Source of the DNA: Macrostomum lignano
Taxonomy: Eukaryota
Assembly (NCBI GenBank): GCA_002269645.1
Contig: NIVC01000289.1
Coordinates: 1 to 64,000 of the forward strand
Length of the DNA stretch: 64,000 nt
Reading direction: 5' to 3'
Each line of letters starts with the position of its first letter. Position 1 is the first letter of the stretch. The position numbers and the translations under genes were made by a program. Under the pieces are notes generated by a model. The model was not told where the DNA came from. It was given only the letters and a program-made list of their open reading frames with translations, and did not search any database. Below are positions 36,501-49,873 of the stretch, one piece after another.

Positions 36501-37361
36501 CAAGATGCAATGGATAAATTTGGGAGCTTCAACTTCTAATTGCTGCTGTGTATTGGAGGGTTGATTTAGATTGCTCAATCATTTTGTTAACTTTAACTGA
36601 GACTGATACTGACTGAAATTGATTGCACAATCAATTGGTTCAATTGGTTAAATTTTTTTATTATCAGCGCCTTCTAATAGGTAGCTCTGTGTAGCTTTAA
36701 CCTTAACCCTAACCACTGAATACTGTATTTAGGCTTGACAATTAGAAAACACCTTTTATACACTTCAATTCAGTAGTCTATTGATTAAGTTAAAGGATTA
36801 CAACTTGAAAGAGATGATGTTGATAGAGTTTCATTTCACAGAGAGAATTTTGATGACTATCTATTTCACGAAGAGGATTTTTAGGGATTTCTGATTTCAT
36901 GGAAAGGATTTTGAGGGATTTTGGAGAGGATTTGGATGATGGGATTTGGGTCATAGGATTTAGCTGATGGATTTCAGGGAATGGAATTCTGGTGATAGGA
37001 GTTCTTCCCCTTTCTCCTCCAATGGATAAGTTGGCCTCATTATAATAATAAATGCATCTTTACTTAGCCATCATATACCTAAATAAGCCTAGATGCCAAT
37101 GGTAAATCTTGATACCAATCCTGAGTCCCAACTTTTATGAATTCAATCTCTCCCAATCCCACCCAACCAGATTTTTTCTCTCCTTGTTGTTGGGCTCTAT
37201 ACTCAATGCCAACAATTTTCATTATGTTTAAAACCTTGGTAAAACCTTAGTCTTGGCAAAGACTAGAAATTTGCTATAATTTGTAACCATAGCTATAAGC
37301 TAAAAAATTGCCATAGCCATAATCTATAATGAAAATATAGCTGCAAAGGTGCCACTCTTTT

Positions 37362-37900
37362 ATAGTTGACATGGTGCCTCTTATGTTATATATGGTGTTT
37401 CTTTTATGTTAGACATGGTGGCTCTTTTCTATTTTACACTGTCTATTTGATGTTAGACATGGTGTCTCTTTTATGTTTGACATATTGGTTCTTTTATGTT
37501 TGATATAGTGGCTCTTCTATGTTTGACATGGTGGCTCTTAAACTATGTTTCACATGGTGACTCTTTTTTTGTTTGACATGGTGGTTCTTTTATGTTTGAC
37601 ATAATGGCTCTTTGTTTGACATGGTGCCTCTTATATATTTGACATGGTGGCTCTTATGTTTGACATAGTGGCTTTTTTAGGTTGTATATGGTGGCTCTTT
37701 TATTTTTGACATGGTGCTTCTTATATATTTGACATGGTGGCTCTTTTATATTTTTGACATGGTGATTCTTTTATGTGTGTCTTAACATATCTTTTATGTT
37801 TGAAATGGTACCTGTTTTATGTTTGACTTGGTACCAATTTTATGTTTGATATGGAGTCACTTCTATATTTTACATGGTGACTCTTCTATGTTTGACTGCG
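37362..37900. repeat. Degenerate 23-bp minisatellite TTTATGTTTGACATGGTGGCTCT
   Basis: About 22 diverged tandem units. Confidence 0.9.
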
Positions 37901-37960
37901 CTTTTTTATGTTTAGCATTTTTGTGTTTTTAGGGGTTTTTTAATAAAAAAATATTTTGCA

Positions 37961-38024
37961 CTACTAAGATTTGAACCCAAGTTGCTACATTAGTAGTCCA
38001 GTCTGTCTGCGTCTAGGCTACCTC
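37961..38024 (-). mobile_element. tRNA-derived Pol III head (SINE-like or tRNA pseudogene)
   Basis: Minus strand gaggtagcctagacg...gggttcaaatcttagtag has A-box-like TAGCCTAGACG and B box GGTTCAAATC. I could not establish an intact cloverleaf. Confidence 0.4.
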
Positions 38025-39471
38025 TTGTCAATTGAAGAACTTGAATTGTGGCCCTTATAATTCAATTCTTGCACTATCTCAGTTGAAGTAAAAATTATAA
38101 CATAATCAATTTCTTAGTCAGCCAGTATTAGTTTTAATTTAAGTTAGCAATATAGTTACCCAATTTCAATGAAATATGGTATTATGTTTCAACACAATAT
38201 TTTTAACACTATAGGCAGTTAAAGTCAGTTTCAAAATTCAGCTAGTACATTGACAATAAATAAATACAACATGGTTACACAATCTCAATCAAGTCTTGTG
38301 CTTTTTGACACATTTTCAACTTGTTCTGATATAATCTTTGTCAAAGTCAGTATTTAGTTAGTTTTTTCTCTAGCATTTTTACAATGCATTTCAAGTTGAA
38401 AATTCTGCTTGACCTTTGCAAAAAGCATGTTTTTTTTGAATCTTTAATCTCTTTAGCATTGAGGAATTTCTTAGCCTCAATACATGTACTATCATGGGAA
38501 AATTTCTGATAAAATGGTTCAAATTTAAAGAAAATCAGTTGAGCCCATTTTTCAGAAAAATATTTTTTCTAGAATATATTTGCTTGGGATTCACATGCAT
38601 TTGTAAGTTTGGTTTGGAGCATTCTAGTGTGCACTCAGCATGATCTAGACCATTGCGATTAGGCATAGGCCGAAGCTCATAGAGCAAGGGTTGGAAAGTT
38701 CTAGCTCTCAGGTCCTTTAAAACTTGACAATAGGAATCTAGCCTGCTCAACTTCCTTTATACAAAAAATGAGTTGTTTGTATATTTGTCTATAATCTCTT
38801 CTTCTCTGTTTTCTCTTTTTCTCCTTTCTCATGTCTCTATTCCCTCATCTTTATTCAATCTCCTCTCCCCCTTTCTCTAGATTGCAGTCATGTTTTAGAT
38901 TCTTTAACTGGCCTTTTAAGATAAAAAAAGTTTGCTGACCCCTGTCATAAAGGATTTGACATCATGTTCTAGGTAGCTGACTTTCATTGTGGACACTTGC
39001 TTTAAAATCATTTCTCCTGAGAAATTAGCAATGGTAATTATCAAAAGTTCATAATATATGTTGTTTATTTAAACATTTTAATTTCTTTTTCTTGCCTCAC
39101 CAACAGGAACTCAAGAAGGTGAAGATTGCTAGTCAATCCTTCTAGCATTTATCAGAACAATTATTAGAACCTGAAAAGTTCTTCAATTCAATTTTTAATT
39201 TAAACTCTTAATTCTTATTGAACATTATAGTGCATGTAGTTATGTGTAGCTACAGAAAAATTAAGATATGAATATGAAATATGTATAGGCTATAGAAAAA
39301 TTCTGTTATTGAAGTAGTCTATGTATAGCCAAATAGGCATGTATTATCACTAGCCTTCAATGAAGCCTAAGGCCCTGAGAAGTCGATTAAAACTGAACTT
39401 TAAGTCTCCACTTTATCCTGCTACAATGGGATAAGCAGCTCTGATAGTTGCGAACTTGCAAGCTCCTATAG

Positions 39472-39695
39472 CATACATGCGCAACCTCCAAAATTCGGTC
39501 GGCCGTGCGACTTAGTTTTTGGCCAAAAATGTAAAAAAACCCTAAAGCAAAATTTACGCAACTTTGGGTAAACAGCAGGAGTAACTATGACAGTCTTATT
39601 AAGGCAAAAAGCCTTGTCATCTACTCAGTACTACTTTGGTATTTATTTGGGTGGGCATTTTTGCGACTACCTTGGTTGGCCACCAAATCAGTCGG
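39472..39695. mobile_element. Truncated hAT-type MITE (CATACATGCGCAAC family)
   Basis: One intact TIR at 39472. Internal sequence matches 53817-54110 with a small deletion. The second TIR is missing. Confidence 0.85.
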
Positions 39696-39799
39696 CTATA
39701 GTTCCAGCGCTGAAAAAAGTGTACACAAACCCACAACATTACATTTTCTGTAATTGCAGGGCATCAGGCAGCTTTCTATTATCTGTTAAGATGTTAGGG

Positions 39800-40113
39800 A
39801 GGTTGTAGCCTCGTGGTTAGGGCATTGGACTCACGACTGAAAGGTCGGTTGTTCGATTTTCGACTCTTTCAGAACAATTTGTGACTGTGTCCTTGAGCAG
39901 GACACCTGACTCTTCAGTTCACCCCGTTGTAAAATGGCATTTGTTGGGGTAATTGAGGGTGTGTGTGGCGACCCCCCCCCCCCCCAACCAAGTCCTTGGA
40001 CTGAACAGCCGTACGCAGCCTTCAAATGCGCCACGCAATAGCTGCGGCTGAGCTGTCGGTTGCACATCTGCCCAATTGGGGGGGGGGGCAGGTGTTATCA
40101 ATTATTATTATTA
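39800..40113 (+). mobile_element. tRNA-headed SINE, near full length
   Basis: A box TAGCCTCGTGG 39806-39816, B box GTTCGATT 39851-39858, central GTGTCCTTGAGCAGGACAC hairpin, (ATT)n tail. Second copy at 33239-33525. Confidence 0.85.
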
Positions 40114-40848
40114 TGAGAATGATATAACAAACTAGTTTTTTTTTCATTTAAGTGTTTACTGTACGATATACAGCATTGGGTTATTTTTCAAGTTTTAGAA
40201 ACATTTCTGCATTCATTGGGATCAAAAAAGCAAGAATAAAAATTAAAATTAAGTTTGAACATTGATTTATTAGAAAATGTGTGCATAAATCTCAAACTCC
40301 CCATCTTAAATTAAGGGGAGGCAGCATAGAGACACGCGGGTGGATTTAACTACCCGGCTTTTTAAAAGGATGCTGACTTGTAGATGCACTCGTCGATGTA
40401 CTGTGTAGAGCAGGGCGAAAGAGAAGTGGTTTGAGGTGGGAGAGAAACGCTGCCTTCCCCCACCCTTCTCTCTGCTTTCTTCCCTCGGTTTAAGATCGGC
40501 GGCCCACCTCTTCGGGGCTGTACAATCGTGCAAAGCAAACTGTTGGATAGGAGAGGCATACAGAACACAGAGAAGATACTAAAGCAGATTATTGGTTCCC
40601 AGAACCTCGCTACCCAGCCCAGAGAGTGAGGAATGACGGAGAAGGGGGTAGCTGACACCTAGATAGAGAGAGAGAGTTTAGCTCGAAGACTGTAAAGCCT
40701 AAAACATGTATATTAAAGCTAGTGAATGGCAAAAACATTTTTCGGAAGTATTGATTCGGTGCTAATATTAGAAATCATGAGCACACGCGGGAAATACGAA
40801 TTCGAGCTGGCAGTCTATGATGAATACTTCTACTCAGCCCTGCATTGT

Positions 40849-43800
40849 ATGTCGGCAAACTCGATGATGACGCATTCAATTGCAGCCGGACAACTGGAGC
40901 CGCCTCCGCAGCAGCATTTGCAGCCGCATTTGCAGCAGCCGCAGCAAAATCAACAACAATCGCAGCAACAGCAGCAATTCTGGCCTAGTAATCCGTTACT
41001 AGAAGATTTTGAAAGTCAACTATCCGAAATTGCATTGTCGAGCAGTTTTTGGCAAAGTTTTCTATTACCTCTGCAGCCGCAGCAGCAACAACAGGAGCTT
41101 CCGCCTCCACCGCCGTTCTACCAGTCTTCTTCCACATTGGATTTCACGGGAACAGCCGAGCAATTACAATCCTTGTCTAATTGCTACACCCTATTACACG
41201 AGGCTAGTAATAGTAGATCCGCTACTAGTAGTAGTACTTCTAACGATAATATGCAACGCAGGCGATCCAATAGTAGGCGGTACGCTCAGCATCGTCAAAT
41301 GATTCCTTCACCTCCGCCTCTGCAACCGTCAGCTTCGGCGTTTGCCTCAGAAATGCCGCATCATGGTTCTACAGCGTCGCATCTGGGATATCAGCAGCAG
41401 CAGCAGCAGGATTCTAATGCTCCTATGCTAGCCGCGCTAATGGCTGCTAATGCTCAATCTAATCTGCTGAATCCTTCGCCTCTGGATCACCAGCCGCCGC
41501 CGCCGGCCCACCAGCAGCCGCAGCAGCATCAGCGCCGTCAGCCTGGCGTGCCAACCGCTCTACAGAATGCCGCTACAGCCAATGGCGGCTTGTTTACCCA
41601 TTTGAAAGTGTCTACAGCGTCTGAGCAGCATCATAACCTGCGTAGCCATGCTGGTAGTTCATCATCTAGCCAGCAACAGAATAATTTGCGTAGGCATCAT
41701 CAACAGCAGCAGCAGAGACAAGCTAGTAGTAATAATCAGGCTTCTTCTTCTCATTCTCTACATCATCATCAGCAGCGGCAGCAGCATCAACAGACGTCAA
41801 ATCCTGCTCTGATGGCCTGTCTGAATGGCGCTGGCGGCGGCGGGATCGGTCGTGCCGATTCCACTGTTGGCGCTGGTAAGTTGTTGTTGACTACTAGCTA
41901 GTAGCGATTTATCATAAACGAATGCGTATGCAGAGACCAACTATATTTGGCTGGTGAAAGTATGGGTATGCTGGTTTATTGATACAGTGACCTGCAGAAA
42001 TTGGCAGAAAAAACCTGATGGATTGATGTGACAGACGAAATTCGTTAAAGACGTTACCGTGACAAGAATCGCTAAGGAGTCATTTCAAACACCTCACTAC
42101 TGAATCTAGCGACCTTGTGGCGACACTTGTGACCTTTTAACGTCACAAACCACTGTAATGTGACGGACTGGAGTCACAGAGTTGCAGGATCGTGAAAAGT
42201 TGTTATAAATGCGAAATGCGATTCTGAATTCATAAACTGACGCAGATGCGCTTTAGACGCAACTCATTGATTCTACAGCGACTCTGGCACGATTCTTACC
42301 CGAATTACGACTTTTTGGCGACTTGCACCGTGACATCATCTCGTCGTTTTATTGTCGTCTAGAGCCACTTTTTTCCTATTTTACCTGTAATATCTGCAAC
42401 AATCACACTGGGACGCTTCTTGGCCTAGGCACCGTTTTCACTGGGACAAATTATTGGATTGATGGAGTGGTGACAGACAAAAAATTGAACAACTGACAGT
42501 CAACTAATGGATATTTATACTGATTTAGTTGGCGCATAAATCAGAGCTGTCTCAAAACCAGTCTCACGCACTCCTATTCTCACACCATCCCGCAGTTCAC
42601 CACAGGAAGCGGTCCGGCGATTTCAGTTTCCCAACATTCGATTCGTCCTCGGCTCAGTCAGTTTCATCCTCAATTTTTGGCGGCGCCGCCTCTATTGTGG
42701 ACGAATTCCTGTCGGGCTGCTCGTCCTCATCTTTTAGTCATCATAATCACCATCACCAGCATCATCATCATCATCATCATCATAGCTCGCCGTCTTCGGC
42801 TAGGCCTGACAGCGTACTGCCAGAAGAGTTGCCATTTTTTGAGCACCTAAACACTTTGTTGAAGCCTACATTATTGCGTCCTAGCCGATCGAACGGGCAT
42901 AATCAGTATCAGCAGCAGGTGAGAATTTTTTTTCATTTTAGTTCGGTATTTACGAGTATTAAGTATTTCTTTGAGAGTTTTGCTTAGCGAGTGATAATCT
43001 CAGTGTTGCCTGTAGAATTCAGTAGGTATCTAGAGGACCCAGATCCCAATGGGAGTTGTGAGGGATAGATCCCAATGGGAGTTGTGAGGGATTGGGATCC
43101 CAATGGGAGTTGTGAGGGATAGATCCCAATGGGAGTTGTGAGGGATAGGGATCCCAATGGGAGTTGTGAGGGATAGATCCCAATGGGAGTTGTGAGGGAT
43201 AGGGATCCCAATAGGAGTTGTGAAGGATAGGGATCCCAATGGAAGTTGAGAGAGATAGGGATCCCAATGGGAGTTGAGAGGGATAGGGATCCTAATGGGA
43301 GTTGTGAGGGATAGATCCCAATGGGAGTTGTGAGGGATTGGGATCCCAATGGGAGTTGTGAGGGATAGATCCCAATGGGAGTTGTGAGGGATAGATCCCA
43401 ATGGGAGTTGTGAGGGATAGGGATCCCAATGGGAGTTGTGAGGGATAGATCCCAATGGGAGTTGTGAGGGATAAGTATCCCAATAGGAGTTGTGAAGGAT
43501 AGGGATCCCAATGGAAGTTGAGAGAGATAGGGATCCCAATGAGAGTTGAGAGGGATAGGGATCCCAATGGGAGTTGAGGGATAGGGATCCCAATGGGAGT
43601 TGAGGGATAGGGATCCCAATGGGAGCTGAGTGATAAAGATCCCAATTGGAGTTGAGAGGGATAGGGATCCCAATTGGATTTAAGAGGGATAAGGATCCCA
43701 GTGGAAGTTGAGAGGGATAGATATCCCAATGCGAAGTGAGAGGGATAGAGATCCCAATGGTATCTGTGAGAATAGTAATCCCACAAGCAAGCATACAAAC

Positions 43801-45896
43801 CTTAAAGATTTAGTATACTTAGATTAGGTTTTAACTGTTTGAATTTTGATGCCATACATATAAATAACACAAAATGATAAAGCAATTATTTTGACTTCAG
43901 GCCCACTGCGATTTAGAGTTCGGCATGAATCCGCAGCAAGTCAAATCAGTACTATCAATGCGCACTCGAGACTTGGCCTCTGGCCGCACCGAGTACGCCG
44001 TACAGGTTTTGATTCGTTGCTTCCACTCGGAGGCTGGCACGCAGCCAGACGCGTTTCCGCCTGGCGTAAATCTGACCGTGAACAGTCAGCCTGTTCTGGG
44101 CCTGCCTGCTCCGCTGCCCTGCCGGCCCGGATCCGATCCTGTCAGGCCCGGTCGGCCTGTAAATATCTCCGGTGAGTGACGTAATAGAAATTTGCTGCGA
44201 CATTTTGACGAAATGTATCGATTTATAAAGCGTGATTTTTAGGCGCAGAAAAATAACGCCTTGCTAGATATTACCGAAAATTCAAAACGAAGTACTCGGA
44301 ATCGGGGCATCCAAACTTTTTCAATTATCACCTTGAAATTTTACCTAAATTTTCAGACAAATTTGAAAGCTACATGTATTGAACGTATATTTATAGATTA
44401 TTTTCTCAGCGTATTTTATCTATATTTCTACTGTCCGTAGTGTAGAGAATTAAATTAGACATGTTCATAGGTAGCTCACTTACCCTTTTCTTTTCAATTG
44501 CAACTACAATATACAACACGAATGTCAAAGATTGCCTACTTAAGAGTAGCGAGAAATGACTTTTAACCGGTGTGTGTCCATGGGCAGTCAAGACTAGCTG
44601 AAGTCATCAAGAAGTCATCAAACAACGCCAACCCCCATAGTAACCGCTCCTAACTCTAATCACGCAGGTCTCTGCCGCCTCTCTGCCAGCTCCCAGGCGA
44701 ACAATCGTATCCGCGTCAGCTGGCTGCACCGACCATCCGGTCCGGGCTACTGCCTCTCCGTGTCCCTCGCTCGCGTCGTATCGTCCAATGACCTCGCCAA
44801 TCGGCTATTGACCTTGCCAGGTCGGGTCCGGCCAGCCAGTCAAACTCAGCGCCAAATTCGTCAGTTACTGCTTGGCAACGGTGACGATGACGAGGACGAC
44901 GACGATGCCATGGTTGCTATGACAACTATAACCGCTTCGCTGCGCTGTCCGTTGTCCTGCGCCAGAATCCAATTGCCCGTTCGATCCGACGATTGTCGTC
45001 ACGTGCAGTGCTTCGACGCCCGGACATATTTGTCCATGAACGAGCGACGGGCCACCTGGCGATGCCCCTGCTGCGACCGGCCAGCACCCTACGCCAGTTT
45101 GCACGTCGACGCTCACTTTCAATCGGTGCTAGCCAATGCTCCTAAAAGCGTCGATGTTGTCCGTTTCCTTGACGACGGAACCTGGCAACCTGCTGGGGCC
45201 AACGCAGCATCCTCGTCGACCTCTGCATCGACGGCCGCCTCCGCCTCCACCTATAAAGGCTCATCTTCCGCATTGAGAGGCGCCAATTTTGACAGCGTTG
45301 TCATTGACGACGATGACGACGATGACAACAGCTACAGCGCAATAGACGAAGCGCCGCCAACATTGAAAAGGCAAAAGCGCAGCGACAGTGTCGACGACTC
45401 GCCATCGACAATTTGCAACGATCTCGACCCGGGCGATGTTATCGTGGTCGATTTGACCGCCGATTCCGATTCCGGCGGCGACGGCAATGGCAGAGATTGC
45501 GACGATTCAAGCGACAGCCAGTCGGATACGGACACTTACAATAATGGCTACGGTTGCGCCTACTCCTCGGGAGCTGTGGGTGTTATTGTCACTCCGGTAC
45601 AGTCGCCGTCGCCATCGCCGCCTATTCAACCGTCGTCTCATGGCGGCGGTGCTTCGTCATCGTCGAATTCGTCGTCTTCAGCTGCAGCTGCAGCACCAGT
45701 GTCTGTCAGTACTACAAGTAGTATCAATGGTAGCAGCCATAGTTTTCCTTTGTCTCAAGACCTGCCAACCTATTTTGGCAGTTATCCTACATTGCCTATA
45801 CACTCGTCGGCGATGCCCCCGCCGCCACCGCCTCCGCCACTCCCAATGGCGGCTCCTTCATTGTCGTCATCAGCTGCTATGTTTCCGTTTGATTGA
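40849..45896 (+). CDS. PIAS: PIAS-family SUMO E3 ligase paralogue A (Q/H-rich N-terminus, PINIT, SP-RING, SIMs; no SAP domain seen)
   Basis: Exons 40849 (or in-frame ATG 40726/40777)-41875, 42596-42918, 43901-44171 and 44668-45896. LPFFEHLNTLLKPTLL and QVLIRCF...DAFP...RPVNIS (PINIT domain). SLRCPLS...CRHVQCFDA...TWRCPCC (SP-RING). VIVVDLTADSD (SIM). Confidence 0.9.
42054..42410 (+). repeat. Dispersed repeat (copy 1) in intron 1 of PIAS paralogue A
   Basis: Collinear blocks shared with 53370-53800: gacaagaatcgctaaggagtcatt; gacgcagatgcgctttagacgc; gtcgtctagag; ttcctattttacctgt. Confidence 0.8.
43030..43790. repeat. Intronic 27-28-bp minisatellite GGGATCCCAATGGGAGTTGTGAGGGATA
   Basis: About 27 tandem units in intron 2 of paralogue A. 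Source of the spurious minus-strand SQLPLGS ORFs. Confidence 0.96.
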
Positions 45897-45946
45897 TTAT
45901 CCTCTATTTGTTTGCGCTTTGCTCTGTTTATTTTATTGGCCAGTTT

Positions 45947-45952
45947 AATAAA
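45947..45952 (+). terminator. Candidate polyadenylation signal of PIAS paralogue A
   Basis: AATAAA about 50 nt downstream of the TGA stop, followed by T-rich sequence. Confidence 0.5.
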
Positions 45953-47568
45953 GATTTAAGAAAGTTTTAGACAACAAAAGATTATTTTTTAGTTTACTAC
46001 AGTCTAATAGTCTACTTTAATAAAATTTAGTAGTACTAACAATCAGCCTATTGTTAGATTTTATCTGTTTTATCTTGCCACTTCTTTTACGAGCCTGCTT
46101 ATCACTCTCTAGGGCCAGGCTGTCTGAACCGTCGATAATTTTATTGCCTTTAAATGGGGTGGTGGGGAGCGCGCGTGACTTGTTTTGTACTTCTAACTGA
46201 CTAGCCAATCAGAAACGAGAGATAAAAATAGAATGTAGAGAGGGTGAGAATACAATATTAGATAACGGGTTAATCGTTCGCGCCGTCTGTCCTTTCTCTA
46301 CTACCGCTTACCCTATTTTTATTGACCTCGCCAGCACTGTCCTGATCAATTAACTGGAGTGGTTAGGCTCTGATTCAGCCGGGTGGGTGTTTAAAGTGAA
46401 CTTTTTAAGTAGAGGGAATGAAAAACAAAGACAGTAGTTAAATATGAGATAATTAAGTGGAGTGAAAGCGAACCGCCACGTTGTCCAAGACTAATTAAGA
46501 TCATACTGATAATTAGTCACTTGCGTAGTGTATAGCAAGTGTTATTACTCTTAGCGCTACTGCAAACGCTTAGGTACAATTGAATTGCGATGATTTTCTG
46601 CCTCTAGCTAGAGTGTACATCGACTTCATTATTGATTGTTGGTTGTTAGTATCAGTAGCTTTCAAAATACTTACTTTTACTTTTGCTTATGTTTTTCAAA
46701 ACCGATGACAGATTACTATCTGTCGCTAACTAACAACTTCTAACTTCTTCTTTAGTAGTACTTCTAAATTGGCTTTTGTAAACTCGGTTTCTCCCTCCGC
46801 TTTGTGTTCTGTTGCAATTGCAACTTGCACAGATGATAAATAAACTGTTGAATTGAATCTGACATCTCTATTCTCTGTTGTCATTTGCTCGTTGCACCAC
46901 AATTCCAATAACAATATTTATACCTTTCTATCCGATTAAACGTCTTAAATTCGTATATAGATGCTTTATATCCTCAAATGTTGTCAAACTAAACTCCTGT
47001 GCTACTATAGGTAATTTACTCTGCTTGTTTTCGTTTGAAATGGAACCTCTGGCAGGCACCAAAATTTTCATGTACCGAGCTTTTTTGCTGTTTTTTTTGT
47101 TATATGGCCAACATCAGCTGTATAATATGTTTTTCAATAAGCGCGTTTTCTACTTCAGATTGTTTTCGAATAAAATTTCTTTTCACATGTCATGTGTTTA
47201 AATTATAAAAATACTTAGGTTCAGCTATTTTAATATCAGATAGAAGCGCCTTCTCTTGCTCGACTGCTCTGCTGCTAACATTTATATTCAACTCTTGTGA
47301 ATTTAATAAATTATTATATGCTGCATACTCAGATTTTTTGTATGTTATTGCTGGCTGGCAACAGTTTTTTGTGTTAATTTATTTATTTGGTACTACTCTA
47401 TATTAAAATGTTTAAATCTTCTACGGCAAAAATTTAATGCCAAGTTTATCAAATCTACTTAATACTCGTATTTAGACAAGCGCAACTCACTGCAAGGCAA
47501 CGCCCAGAATAATAGTGTACTCATACTCAGATTTCTGCCTATTAACCCATTGAAAATTGTGTCCCAAA

Positions 47569-47897
47569 TGTACGCACTCAGTGTCCACCAACCTTGAAAT
47601 AGTCTGTCTCAAATGTCGGCACCCAATTCCCACCAGCCCCTTGAAAAGTCTGTGCCAAATGTACGCACTTAATGCCCATCGACCCATTAAAAAGTCTATC
47701 CCAAATGTACGCACTCAATGCCCATCAAACCTTTAAAAAGTCTGCCCAAATGTACTCACTCAATGCCCATTAAAACCTTGAAAGTCTGCCCCAAATGTAG
47801 TACGCAGTCAATGCCCATCCAACCTTTGAAAAGTCTATCCCAAATATACGCACTCAGTGCCCATCAAACCCTAAGAAATTCTGCCTAAAATGTATGT
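47569..47897. repeat. Degenerate ~45-46-bp tandem repeat (TGTACGCACTCAATGCCCATC...AAAAGTCTGCCCAAA), about 7 copies
   Basis: Directly visible diverged units. Confidence 0.85.
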
Positions 47898-48687
47898 ACT
47901 AGACGCTTTTAACCAATAGACACTGCGATATTCGATGGGTCGTATTTTACTGCTTAAAATATTTAACTTTTTTAAAGATGAAATATAGTCAAAGCGAAAT
48001 TCATGTCAGAGTGCAACTGTGAATTGTTACTTATATCAATGTGTTTAAACATTCATTCAAGGATATCATTTGGCTTTTGTCTAACGACTGAAATTTTCAA
48101 CCAAGTTAGTTGGGTTTCTGTGTGTATGTATCTATCCATACATATGGTTACTTTTGCACTGCTTTACATTGTTCTATTTTTATAGGCAACTCATTGCTTC
48201 TTGTTCGTTAATTTTTTTGAAAATCGTCGCTTTATTACGGCAAATTTTGTTGGTCCTTACTAAAGCCAACTTGTTTGCCACCTGTAAACCCTACTGTATT
48301 GTGCGCGTGACCTATGTAGGCACTGTCCATATATTGTGTTCTGTCGCTCTAAACACATTGCATGCTCTCTATTGTTTTCCCAAACTCCCGTCTTTGTGTT
48401 TCTGCTTGCTTTGTACAACTTACGAGCTACTATTCCCGAATATGTTTTTTTACTTACGAGTAACTCGTACCTATGTAAATAAATTTCATACTCTTTTTAT
48501 TGGATTGTGAATGTCTAACGAAATTTTAAAATGCCGTTTAATTTTAAGTTGAAAAATAGATGCTTATATCGTGTATGGACTTTTATGCTAATGAAAGAAA
48601 AGAAATCGTTACATTTTTGTCCTCGATTTAACACATTATATTTACAAAGTCATGAATATTCTCTAGTATTTGTACCCAAATCTTGTA

Positions 48688-49685
48688 TAGCACTGAGTAT
48701 GGGTATCCCTGAGTCTCCCATAGCACTTGAGCATGGGTGTCCCTGAGTTTCCCATAACACTGAGCATGGGTATCCCTGAGTCTCCCATAGCACTGAGCAT
48801 GGGTGTCCCTGAGTCTCCCATAGCACTGAGCATGGGTGTCCCTGAGTCTCCCATAGCACTGAGCATGGGTGTCCCTGAGTCTCCCATAGCACTGAGCATG
48901 GGTGTCCCTGAGTCTCCCATAGCACTGAGCATGGGTGTCCCTGAGTCTCCCATAGCACTGAGCATGGGTGTCCCTAAGTCTCCCATAGCACTGAGCATGG
49001 GTGTCCCTAAGTCTCCCATAGCACTGAGTATGGGTGTCCCTGAGTCTCCCATAGCACTGAGCATGGGTGTCCCTGAGTATCCTATAGCACTGAGCATGGG
49101 TGTCCCTGAGTCTCCCAAAGCACTGGCACTGAGCATGGGTGTCCCTGAGTCTCCCCATAGCACTGAGCATGGGTGTCCCTGAGTCTCCCCATAGCACTGA
49201 GCATGGGTGTCCCTGAGTCTCCCCATAGCACTGAGCATGGGTGTCCCTGAGTCTCCCCATAGCACTGAGCATGGGTGTCCCTGAGTCTCCCCATAGCACT
49301 GAGCAGGGGTGTCCCTGAGTCTCCCCATAGCACTGAGCAGGGGTGTCCCTGAGTCTCCCATAGCACTGAGCAGGGGTGTCCCTGAGTCTCCCATAGCACT
49401 GAGCAGGGGTGTCCCTCTGTCTCCCATAGCACTGAGCATGGGTGTCCCTGAGTCTCCCATAGCACTGAGCATGGGTGTCCCTGAGTCTCCCCATAGCACT
49501 GAGCATGGGTGTCCCTGAGTCTCCCCATAGCACTGAGCATGGGTGTCCCTGAGTCTCCCATAGCAATGAGCAGGGGTGTCCCTGAGTCTCCCATAGCACT
49601 GAGCAGGGGTGTCCCTGAGTCTCCCATAGCACTGAGCATGGGTGTCCCTGAGTCTCCCATAGCACTGCCACTGAGTATGAGTGTC
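48688..49685. repeat. 33/34-bp minisatellite GAGCATGGGTGTCCCTGAGTCTCCCATAGCACT, about 30 copies
   Basis: Homogeneous tandem array ending about 190 bp upstream of the paralogue B start codon. Confidence 0.96.
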
Positions 49686-49873
49686 CTTGAGTATTTAATA
49701 GCACCAATGCTTCTCTAAGTTAATTTCATGTAGCATTTTATAAAATTTTTAATAATGAATATGGTTATTGTCACTATGGATTTAGTACATGTGCTGCAGT
49801 ATATTTATATTAATATGTATAATCCCTCTAATCGCCAACCCGCAGAATCAATTCGTTCAATCGCGTATTGCAT

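Noticed and set aside
42984-43798. Minus-strand 229-254-aa ORFs
   Set aside because: Translations of the 27-28-bp minisatellite in a PIAS intron.
48628-49718. 359-aa and other ORFs with RLRDTHAQCYG repeats (superficially zinc-finger-like)
   Set aside because: All frames of the 33-bp minisatellite are open and there is no non-repetitive coding context.
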